A stretch of DNA of 29,479 nt from a virus (lineage: Duplodnaviria; Caudoviricetes). This document shows positions 17,639-25,510 of this stretch, in pieces. The notes below the pieces were generated by a model, which worked only from the letters and a program-made list of their open reading frames with translations, ran no database searches and was not told the origin of the DNA. The first letter of the stretch is position 1. Every line of letters starts with the position of its first letter. The translations under genes were made by a program, and so were the position numbers. The stretch is taken from positions 1-29,479 of the IMG/VR virus record IMGVR_UViG_3300032257_000571. One strand, 5' to 3'.

Positions 17639-17653
17639 AAGGACAGTATAGTC

Positions 17654-17968
17654 ATGGCCAGTGCATTTGCATCCGCAATAGAAATACTGTTCACGGACCC
17701 GAACATCGGGCGAGAGGCGGTCTACACCTCCGACGGCGGTGCGCCTTCGCTGGTGCGCATCGTCTCCCGGCAGGCGGATGCGATCAGCGACTTCGGCGAC
17801 GCACGGCTTTGGTCGGAAACGACCCGGATCGACCTGCGTGTCGCTGAGGTTCCGGCCCCGCGGCCGGGCGACCGTTTGGAAATGGACGGCGATGCCTTCC
17901 TCATTCAGGGCGAACCCGTGCGTGACCGCGAACGGCTGGTTTGGACCGTTGATCTGAGGCCCGCGTGA
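17654..17968 (+). CDS. Head-tail joining (closure) protein
   Basis: 104 aa, PRPGDRLEMDG...W; position after capsid. Confidence 0.8.
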   Translation: MASAFASAIEILFTDPNIGREAVYTSDGGAPSLVRIVSRQADAISDFGDARLWSETTRIDLRVAEVPAPRPGDRLEMDGDAFLIQGEPVRDRERLVWTVDLRPA

Positions 17969-18597
17969 GACTGAAGCTCGACATCGATCCCGACTTCGTC
18001 GCGATGATGTCGGCCGAGGTCGCGGCGGGCGAACGCGCGGTGACGGCCGCCATGCGTGAGGCCGGGGCCGGACTCAAGACTGCCTGGCGCACGCAGATCA
18101 CCAGCGCGGGGCTCGGGCGGCGGCTCGCCAACTCGATCCGCAACCAGAACTTCCCGAGGTCCGGCGAAAGCCTGGATGCGGCTGCGTTGGTCTGGTCCAA
18201 GGCACCGGTGATCGTCGGCGCGCATGACACCGGCCCGTTGATCCGCTCGAAGGACGGCTTCTGGCTTGCGATCCCGCTGCCCGCCGCAGGAAAATCCACA
18301 CGCGGCGGCCGTATCACCCCCGGTGAATGGGAACGGCGACGCGGGCTGCGTCTGCGGTTCGTCTATCGCCGAACGGGCCCGAGCCTGCTGGTGTCGGAGG
18401 GACGGCTGAACACCAAGGGCCAGGCGGTGGTGTCGCGCTCTAAGACCGGACGCGGCAAGGTCACCGCGCCGATCTTCCTATTGGTGCCGCAGGTAAAGCT
18501 GCCCAAGCGGCTTGATCTCGCGCGGGATGCAGATCGGGCGCTCGATAGTGTGCCGGGGCTGATCGTGGCGAACTGGGTGGATCGGAGAACTGGCTGA
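17965..18597 (+). CDS. DUF6441-like neck/tail completion protein
   Basis: Basic 210 aa protein, GLGRRLANSIR, FWLAIP, PIFLLVPQVKL; GTGA coupling. Confidence 0.75.
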   Translation: MRLKLDIDPDFVAMMSAEVAAGERAVTAAMREAGAGLKTAWRTQITSAGLGRRLANSIRNQNFPRSGESLDAAALVWSKAPVIVGAHDTGPLIRSKDGFWLAIPLPAAGKSTRGGRITPGEWERRRGLRLRFVYRRTGPSLLVSEGRLNTKGQAVVSRSKTGRGKVTAPIFLLVPQVKLPKRLDLARDADRALDSVPGLIVANWVDRRTG

Positions 18598-18677
18598 GAA
18601 CTTGCGAGATGAATGTGGTACTTATAGAGGAACAGTCTGTGAAATTGGTTTTCGCCCCATGTTATCGGGTGCGACGC

Positions 18678-19136
18678 TTATTCCTCCAGCCGACCACGCT
18701 TGCTGACGTAAACACCATCTGAAAGGTAAGCAGGCTCGCCATCTTCGCCAACTGAGAATTCGTCATATATGTCTCGCATCTCTTCGTCAGCCCATGGTGC
18801 ATTTACAGGGGGTAGACCAAGAATATCAGCGATCTTATTAGCGATATCGCGGATCTCTCTCGGGTGATCAATTTCTTTGCAGAGGAAATACGGGCGACCC
18901 CAATTGTCGGCGCAACGCTCGCCGTGACCCAGCACACTCTCTGCCGCGGCAACCAATCTGTTTAGGTCAGGATAAGCAAGGTACGAGCTGTCGTCCTCCT
19001 TCGCCGTGGCCGTCATTAAAGTGTAGCTGTTCGTTTCGTGGATGATGCGAACCAAAACATATTGCTCGGAAACCATCTTGGTCTGGTCAAGTTCGCCGGT
19101 CGTTACGAGTTTGTCTGATTTGGTGATGATTGCCAT
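18678..19136 (-). CDS. Hypothetical moron protein A (C-terminal YLSDGV motif)
   Basis: 152 aa, lower GC, SD GGGAG, antisense to the tail operon. Confidence 0.8.
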   Translation of the reverse strand: MAIITKSDKLVTTGELDQTKMVSEQYVLVRIIHETNSYTLMTATAKEDDSSYLAYPDLNRLVAAAESVLGHGERCADNWGRPYFLCKEIDHPREIRDIANKIADILGLPPVNAPWADEEMRDIYDEFSVGEDGEPAYLSDGVYVSKRGRLEE

Positions 19137-19189
19137 GGATGGGCTCCCTCGTGTTGATCAAGTAAAGTAGTGACTGTACGCGACAAATG

Positions 19190-19939
19190 CTATCTTCCCC
19201 AGTCATGTGCGCCACCCCCCGATGTTAGCCATACTCCGTCCGACAAATAAATTGGCTCTCCTGAACCACCGAGGGCGGAATAGAGATCGTCCTCTCCTGA
19301 CCGCATTCGAGGAGGCGGTGATGGTAGGACTTTGTTGGTCTGCAAGGGAGTTATCATCTCTTCAAGGCGCGTAGCATTGCGTAAGAAGGCTTCCGCAAAC
19401 GAAACGGTCCGTTCCAAGATGTTGTGAAGGCTGCCATGAAACGGCTGTCCAATAAATGGACCGTCCGTTCGACTGATCGATAACACAGAATTTGGCTTCA
19501 TCCCCTCAGCAGGCAGACCATCGATTATCTGAACATCAATGCCATTTTTCCGCATCAAGATTAGAGCGGTTTGAGTTTGGTTCGCAGCGGAATAGGCCAT
19601 TCGATACATCTTGCTGGCGGCTCTACGGGGCACCCAGCCCATCTTGAATAGGCTTACGGCAAGTTCGTATGGGCGTGCCAAACCCTTAATGCTTAAAGGT
19701 TCCCCAGGTGGAAGGACGATACCATCTGCAGTAAACTGGGCTTCGCTAGCAAGGCATTCGATAGTATTCTGACAACCCCAGTTGAGGTAATTGATATCAT
19801 CAACACGCGCCCATTTTAGCGGTCGGTTGTTCATTTTTACGACGACCTCGTCGCCAACTGCGATATCGGTGCGGAGGCAATTAACTGGATAGGTCTTTCC
19901 TGACTTATCGAATGCCACGTGTGCAATTATGTAAGACAC
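19190..19939 (-). CDS. Hypothetical moron protein B (SH3-like N-terminus, C-terminal YLSDGV motif)
   Basis: 249 aa, GTG start with GGGAG SD, lower GC. Confidence 0.8.
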   Translation of the reverse strand: MSYIIAHVAFDKSGKTYPVNCLRTDIAVGDEVVVKMNNRPLKWARVDDINYLNWGCQNTIECLASEAQFTADGIVLPPGEPLSIKGLARPYELAVSLFKMGWVPRRAASKMYRMAYSAANQTQTALILMRKNGIDVQIIDGLPAEGMKPNSVLSISRTDGPFIGQPFHGSLHNILERTVSFAEAFLRNATRLEEMITPLQTNKVLPSPPPRMRSGEDDLYSALGGSGEPIYLSDGVWLTSGGGAHDWGR

Positions 19940-20066
19940 CTAGATCTCCCAACAGTCCTTGGCGCGATACTCGCGAGATACCCAATTCTGGTCAAGGTCT
20001 CATGCTCTGCTAGCCAGTCTGCGTCCTCTCTGGGGCTTAGCCGGATAACGAAGATGGATTTCATGG

Positions 20067-20486
20067 ATGCCCACTCCACGCGAAACAATCCTCGCCGCGC
20101 TGCACGCGCGGCTGTCGGCGCTGCCCGCCACCGCCCTGCGCGGTGAGGTTCTGCCTGAGCGCGTGCCGACCGAGGGCCTGTTGATCCTGCGCGATGGCGA
20201 ACCGGGGGACCCGGAGGTGACGCTGTCACCGCTGCGCTTCCACTACCAGCACCGCGCCGAGATTGAGGCGGTCGTGCAAGGCGCCGATCGTGACACCGCC
20301 TTCGACACGCTCTGCGCCAGCGTGGGCGCGATAATTGCCGCCGACCGAACGCTAGGCGGTCTCTGCGACTGGGTCGAGGCGGAAGCGCCGCGCTCCGTGG
20401 ACATCCCGGTCGAAGGCGCGGCGAGCCTGAAGGCCGCCGTGATCCCGGTGGCGCTGCACTATTCCACGGCCGATCCGCTCGGCTGA
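20067..20486 (+). CDS. Tail terminator-like protein
   Basis: MPTPRETILAAL...DRTLGGLCDW...YSTADPL; directly before the tail tube. Confidence 0.75.
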   Translation: MPTPRETILAALHARLSALPATALRGEVLPERVPTEGLLILRDGEPGDPEVTLSPLRFHYQHRAEIEAVVQGADRDTAFDTLCASVGAIIAADRTLGGLCDWVEAEAPRSVDIPVEGAASLKAAVIPVALHYSTADPLG

Positions 20487-20510
20487 CCCCGACAATTCAA
20501 GGAGAACACG

Positions 20511-21083
20511 ATGGCACGAGCCCAAGGGGCGCGGGCGCTGATGGCGCTTGCGTTCGAAACAACCTATGGAACGCCGCCGGTGGGCGGTTTCACAAAGATG
20601 CCCTTCGCCAGCACCTCGCTCGGCGCGGAGCAACCGCTGCTGAACTCGGAACTTCTGGGCTATGGCCGCGATCCGCTGGCGCCGATCAAGGATGCGGTGA
20701 CGGCGGACGGCGATGTGGTGGTGCCGCTCGACGCCGAGGCCTTCGGGTTCTGGCTGAAGGCTGCCTTTGGCGCGCCGACCACGACCGGGACTGGTCCCTG
20801 GACGCATGAGTTCCAGTCGGGGTCCTGGACTCTGCCCAGCATGTCCATCGAAACGGGCATGCCCGAGGTCCCGCGCTTTGCGATGTATTCCGGCTGCGTA
20901 CTCGACCAGATCAACTGGCAAATGCAGCGATCTGGTCTGCTGACCGCAACGGCCCGACTGGTGGCGCAGGGCGAGACAGTCGGCACGACAACCAGCGCCG
21001 GAACCCCTGCCGCGCTAGAACTGAAGCGCTTCGGGCATTTCAACGGGGCGATCACCCGGAATCCCGCCTCTGGCCATGGCTGA
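20511..21083 (+). pseudogene. Tail tube protein, 3'-truncated
   Basis: MARAQGARALMALAFETTYG...; ends abruptly after FGHFNGAITRN with 6 apparently out-of-frame residues. Confidence 0.75.
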
Positions 21084-21153
21084 ACTGCTGCCCGTCATCG
21101 AAGCGGTGATGGTCGCAAAACTCAACGAACAGATGGATCATTCCAATGGCTGA
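21058..21153 (+). pseudogene. 3' remnant of tail assembly chaperone-like gene
   Basis: GIPPLAMAELLPVIEAVMVAKLNEQMDHSNG* in a different frame; stop overlaps the TMP start. Confidence 0.65.
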
Positions 21154-23563
21154 AAAGCGCGTCTCTGTCCGACTTGCTGCCGTCGGCGGCCGACAGGTGC
21201 GCGCCGAGCTGGAAGGTGTCGGTGAAGCCGGGGCGCGCGGGTTCGGGCGGCTCAGCCGGGAGATGGAGGCGGCCAACACCCGGCTCGCGGCGTTTTCCCG
21301 CCGTGTCGGAGTGGCTGCCGCTGCCGCCGTGGCGGCCGCAGCCGCCGCTGGCGTGGCCATGGTCCGCTCGGGGCTTCAAACCGTCGACGCGCAGGCCAAG
21401 CTCGCGCAGTCGCTTGGCACGACGGTCGCCTCGATCCAGACCCTCGAACGTGCGGGTGAGCTGGCGGGTGTTTCCATGTCGGGCATCGAGCAGGCGACAA
21501 AGGATCTGACACGCCGCCTCAGCCAGGCCGCCGCCGGGACCGGACCCGCTGCCGACGCGCTGGACCGGCTGGGCCTTTCCGCCAACGAGTTGATCGCCCT
21601 GCCGCTGGACCAGCGGGTCGGAGCGATCAACGCCGCCATCGAGAGCTTCGTGCCCGCAGCCGAACGCGCCGCTGTAGCGGGTCAGCTTTTCGGTGAGGAA
21701 GGCTCCATCGCCATGAGCCGGATCGACACCGCGACGCTACGCCAGGCGACCGAGGACGTGCTCGCATTCGGTGTCGTGGTCTCCGAGCAGGATGCCGACC
21801 AGATCGAGCGCACGAACGACGCCATCTCCCGGCTCGGGCTGATCTGGCGCGGGCTATCGAACCAGCTGGCCGTCGCCGCAGCGCCTGCGCTGGAAGTCGT
21901 CGCTGACGCCATGGCGGCAATCGCGAGCCGGACTGGGCCGCTGGGCATTGCCATTCGTGGCCTGTTCGACAACATCGGCCGACTGACTACCTATGCCGCC
22001 ACATTTGTGGCTTTTCTTGCAGGCCGTTGGGTCGCCGGGATGGCTGTCGCAGCGCTGTCGGTCCGTGGGCTCGCCACGGCGCTGGTCTTGCTGCGCGGCG
22101 CGCTGATCCGCACCGGCATCGGAGCGTTGATCGTCGGTGCAGGCGAGCTCGTCTATCAGTTCACCCGCCTTGTTTCCGGCGCGGGTGGGTTTGGCGAAGC
22201 GATGTCCCTCCTGAAAGACCTCGCCGTCGAGGTCTGGGATCGCATCAAGATGGGTGCCGCTGCGGCGGGCGCTGCAGCCACAGCGATATTTTTCGACCTA
22301 AAGTCCGATGCCGCCTCCGGAATGCAGAGCGCCATCGAGAGCGTCGTGGCCTTTGGCAACACGGCTGCGAACACATTCGAGGGGGCCTATGAGGCGATCA
22401 AGGCGATTTGGGGACTGCTGCCAGCCGCCATCGGCGACCTGGCGTTCCAGGCGGCCAACAGCCTGATCGACGGTGTCGAGGCAATGCTGAATGGCGTCGT
22501 TTCGCGCATCAACGGCTTCATCGGCGGGATCAATCAGGGGCTGGAAGCGCTTGGGTCCGAACGGCGCATCTCGATCATTCCCGATCTTGAGTTGGGTCAG
22601 ATCGAGAACCGTTTTGAGGGTGCAGCGACGGCCGCGACCACCGCTGCACAGGCAGCGTTCGACCGGGCTTTTGAGGACAACCCGCTCACGGCCCCCGATC
22701 TCGGGCTCACCCAGGCGGCCAATACTGCACTTGCCACGGCCAACACGTATCGGGGTGCGGCAAGCGACTTGGCCGAGGGCGCGCGTGCGCCGCTCGCCAG
22801 TTGGCAGGCCCTGCGTGACGCGGTGCAGGGCAGCAGTGAGGGTGGCGCAGACGCGCTGACCGAGGCGACCGACGCGGCTGAGCGTCTGGAGACCACCCTT
22901 GGCGATGCCGGACGGGCGGCCACTGGCGCTGGTGCTGCGGTCGGGGCTGCTGCCGCTGCCGCCGAACCCGACACCGAAGCCGCCGTCACCGGCTGGCAGG
23001 CGGTCACCGCAGCGCTCAGCGACTATGCCAGAAAGGCACGCGACGTTGGCGGGGACATCGGCCAAGCGCTGGTCGGCGCCTTCCAGTCGGCAGAGAATGC
23101 GGTAGCCACGTTCGTGAAGACCGGCAAGCTGGACTTCCGCGATCTGGTCACCTCACTGTTGGCTGATCTCGCCAAGCTGGCGGCGCGGCGGTTCATCCTC
23201 GGGCCGATCGCCAACGCGCTTTCCGGCGCGCTTGGGGGTGCGGGCGGGATCTTCGCGAACATCTTGCATGCAGGCGGCATGGTCGGAGCCACTGCGCCGG
23301 GCCGGATGGTCCCGGCCATGGCCTTCGCGGCTGCGCCCCGGATGCATTCTGGCGGTGTGGCGGGGCTGCGCCACGATGAAGTGCCCGCCATCCTGCAGCG
23401 CGGCGAGCGGGTGCTGTCTCGGCGCGAGACGCAGAGCTACGGCGCAGGCGGAGGGGTCAACGTCACCATCATGGCCCGCGACGCCGAGAGCTTTCGGCAG
23501 TCCCGCACGCAGGTCGCGGCTGACATCGCCCGCGCCGTGTCGATGGGTCGGAGGGGCATGTGA
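21146..23563 (+). CDS. Tail tape measure protein
   Basis: 805 aa, Ala/Gly-rich; MAEKRVSVRL; C-terminal HSGG...DEVPAILQRGERVL, FRQSRTQVAA. Confidence 0.92.
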   Translation: MAEKRVSVRLAAVGGRQVRAELEGVGEAGARGFGRLSREMEAANTRLAAFSRRVGVAAAAAVAAAAAAGVAMVRSGLQTVDAQAKLAQSLGTTVASIQTLERAGELAGVSMSGIEQATKDLTRRLSQAAAGTGPAADALDRLGLSANELIALPLDQRVGAINAAIESFVPAAERAAVAGQLFGEEGSIAMSRIDTATLRQATEDVLAFGVVVSEQDADQIERTNDAISRLGLIWRGLSNQLAVAAAPALEVVADAMAAIASRTGPLGIAIRGLFDNIGRLTTYAATFVAFLAGRWVAGMAVAALSVRGLATALVLLRGALIRTGIGALIVGAGELVYQFTRLVSGAGGFGEAMSLLKDLAVEVWDRIKMGAAAAGAAATAIFFDLKSDAASGMQSAIESVVAFGNTAANTFEGAYEAIKAIWGLLPAAIGDLAFQAANSLIDGVEAMLNGVVSRINGFIGGINQGLEALGSERRISIIPDLELGQIENRFEGAATAATTAAQAAFDRAFEDNPLTAPDLGLTQAANTALATANTYRGAASDLAEGARAPLASWQALRDAVQGSSEGGADALTEATDAAERLETTLGDAGRAATGAGAAVGAAAAAAEPDTEAAVTGWQAVTAALSDYARKARDVGGDIGQALVGAFQSAENAVATFVKTGKLDFRDLVTSLLADLAKLAARRFILGPIANALSGALGGAGGIFANILHAGGMVGATAPGRMVPAMAFAAAPRMHSGGVAGLRHDEVPAILQRGERVLSRRETQSYGAGGGVNVTIMARDAESFRQSRTQVAADIARAVSMGRRGM

Positions 23564-24189
23564 TGGCGTTTCACGAGGTCCGGTTTCCCGACAATATCAG
23601 CCGCGGCGCACGCGGCGGGCCGGAACGGCGCACGCAGATCGTCGAGCTCGCCTCGGGCGACGAGGAACGCAACGCCAGCTGGGCTAACTCGCGCCGTCGC
23701 TATGATGTGGCCTACGGCATTCGCCGCGCCGACGATCTGGCGGCGGTCGTAGCGTTCTTTGAGGCGCGGAACGGTCGCCTATATGGTTTCCGCTTCAAGG
23801 ACTGGGGCGACTACAAGTCCTGCTTGCCCTCAAGAACACCATCTCCCACCGACCAGGCGATTGGCACCGGTGATGGCGCAGCGACGGCGTTCCAGCTGGT
23901 GAAGCGCTACACCTCCGGGGCGCAGTCCTGGACACGGTTTATCGCCAAGCCAGTGGACGGAGTCGTGCGCATCGCGCTCGGTGGGGTCGAGCAGCTTTCA
24001 GGCTGGTCGGTCGACACCACGACGGGCCTCGTCACCTTCAACACCGCACCCGGGGCGGGCGTCTCCATCACCGCAGGTTTCGAGTTCGACGTGCCGGTCC
24101 GCTTCGACACCGATGCGCTCGACGTGACGCTCGATCTTGAGCGGCTGGGCTCGATCACATCCATCCCACTTATGGAACTCCGAAGATGA
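23563..24189 (+). CDS. DUF2460 distal tail protein (RcGTA g12-like)
   Basis: FHEVRFP, FFEARNGRLYGFRFKDW, AGFEFDVPVRFDTD. Confidence 0.92.
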   Translation: MAFHEVRFPDNISRGARGGPERRTQIVELASGDEERNASWANSRRRYDVAYGIRRADDLAAVVAFFEARNGRLYGFRFKDWGDYKSCLPSRTPSPTDQAIGTGDGAATAFQLVKRYTSGAQSWTRFIAKPVDGVVRIALGGVEQLSGWSVDTTTGLVTFNTAPGAGVSITAGFEFDVPVRFDTDALDVTLDLERLGSITSIPLMELRR

Positions 24190-25070
24190 AAAGCATCAAC
24201 CCCGATCTGCAAGCGCATCTGGACGACGGGACAACAACGCTCGCTTGGTGCTGGCGGATCATCCGTGCCGACGGCGTCACCTTCGGCTTCACTGACCACG
24301 ACCGGACGCTGACGTTCGACGGCACGAACTTCGAGCCGGAAAGCGGGTTGACGGCGTCAGAGGTGCGCTCTGGCTCCGACCTGTCGGTCGATGCACAGGA
24401 CGCAGAGGGCGTACTGACCTCCGACCGGATCACCGAGACCGATATCCTCGACGGCCGCTGGGACAACGCCGAGGTCGAGGTCTGGCGGGTAAACTGGGCC
24501 GAGACCAGCCAGCGCGTCCTGATGCGGCGCGGGGCCATCGGCCAGATCCGGCGCGGGCGACTGGCCTTCGTGGCCGAGGTTCGGTCAGTGGCTCACGTGC
24601 TTGGGCAGACGGTGGGACGGACCTTCCAGGCGACCTGCGATGCCGCACTCGGCGACGCCCGTTGCGGCATCGATCTGGAGAACTCCGCGTTCAGGGGCAT
24701 AGGTGGCGTCATTGATCTCCTGCGCGACCGGGCCTTCACCGCATCTGGGCTCGGCAGTTTTACCTCCGGCTGGTTCACCTTCGGCACGGTCGAATGGACC
24801 GGTGGCGCAAATGTGGGGCGGCAGGCAGAGATCATCGCACATGACCTAACTGACGGCATCGCAGTGCTGACGCTGCTCGAAGCACCAGTGCGATCTATCG
24901 CGGGCGGTGATGCTTTCACCATTCGTGCAGGCTGCGACAAGCGTATCGAGACCTGCAGCGCCAAGTTCGCCAATACCGCCAATTTCCGGGGTTTCCCGCA
25001 CATCCCCGGCCAAGATGCGGTTCTGCGCTATGCCACCAAGGATGGCGGGCACGAGGGGTCCGTGCTTTGA
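24186..25070 (+). CDS. DUF2163 baseplate hub protein (RcGTA g13-like)
   Basis: GFTDHDRTL, CDAALGDARC, GCDKRIETCSAKFANTANFRGFPHIPG. Confidence 0.92.
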   Translation: MKSINPDLQAHLDDGTTTLAWCWRIIRADGVTFGFTDHDRTLTFDGTNFEPESGLTASEVRSGSDLSVDAQDAEGVLTSDRITETDILDGRWDNAEVEVWRVNWAETSQRVLMRRGAIGQIRRGRLAFVAEVRSVAHVLGQTVGRTFQATCDAALGDARCGIDLENSAFRGIGGVIDLLRDRAFTASGLGSFTSGWFTFGTVEWTGGANVGRQAEIIAHDLTDGIAVLTLLEAPVRSIAGGDAFTIRAGCDKRIETCSAKFANTANFRGFPHIPGQDAVLRYATKDGGHEGSVL

Positions 25071-25501
25071 CCTCTGCTGATCCCGCACGCGTCATCACCA
25101 TCGCGCGGTCATGGCTCGGCACGCCATACCACGACCAGGCCAGCCTTCGGGGTGTCGGCTGCGATTGCCTCGGCCTCGCGCGTGGCGTCTGGCGCGAGAT
25201 CGTCGGGCCAGAGCCGTTCCCAATCCCGCCCTACAGCCGCGACTGGGGCGAGACCGGGCCGCGCGAGGTGCTGGCGGAGGGCGCACGGCGCATGATGCAG
25301 GAGATCGTACTTTGCGAGGCCGGTCCCGGTGCACTGGTGCTGTTCCGGATGACGCCCCGCGCCATCGCCAAGCATGTTGGGATCCTGACCGGACCTGACA
25401 GTTTCCTCCACGCCTACGAGCGGCTCGGCGTATTCGAGGAACCGCTCACACCATCTTGGCGGCGGCGCATCGCCTTCGCTTTCCTGTTTCCGCAACGCTG
25501 A
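25067..25501 (+). CDS. NlpC/P60 cell wall peptidase (RcGTA g14-like)
   Basis: ARSWLGTPYHDQ, GCDCLGL, AKHVGI, FLHAY. Confidence 0.92.
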   Translation: MTSADPARVITIARSWLGTPYHDQASLRGVGCDCLGLARGVWREIVGPEPFPIPPYSRDWGETGPREVLAEGARRMMQEIVLCEAGPGALVLFRMTPRAIAKHVGILTGPDSFLHAYERLGVFEEPLTPSWRRRIAFAFLFPQR

Positions 25502-25510
25502 GACCCCGAC

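Noticed and set aside
18652-18674. Intrinsic terminator between the DUF6441-like gene and moron A
   Set aside because: Only a short bulged hairpin with no U-tract after it on either strand
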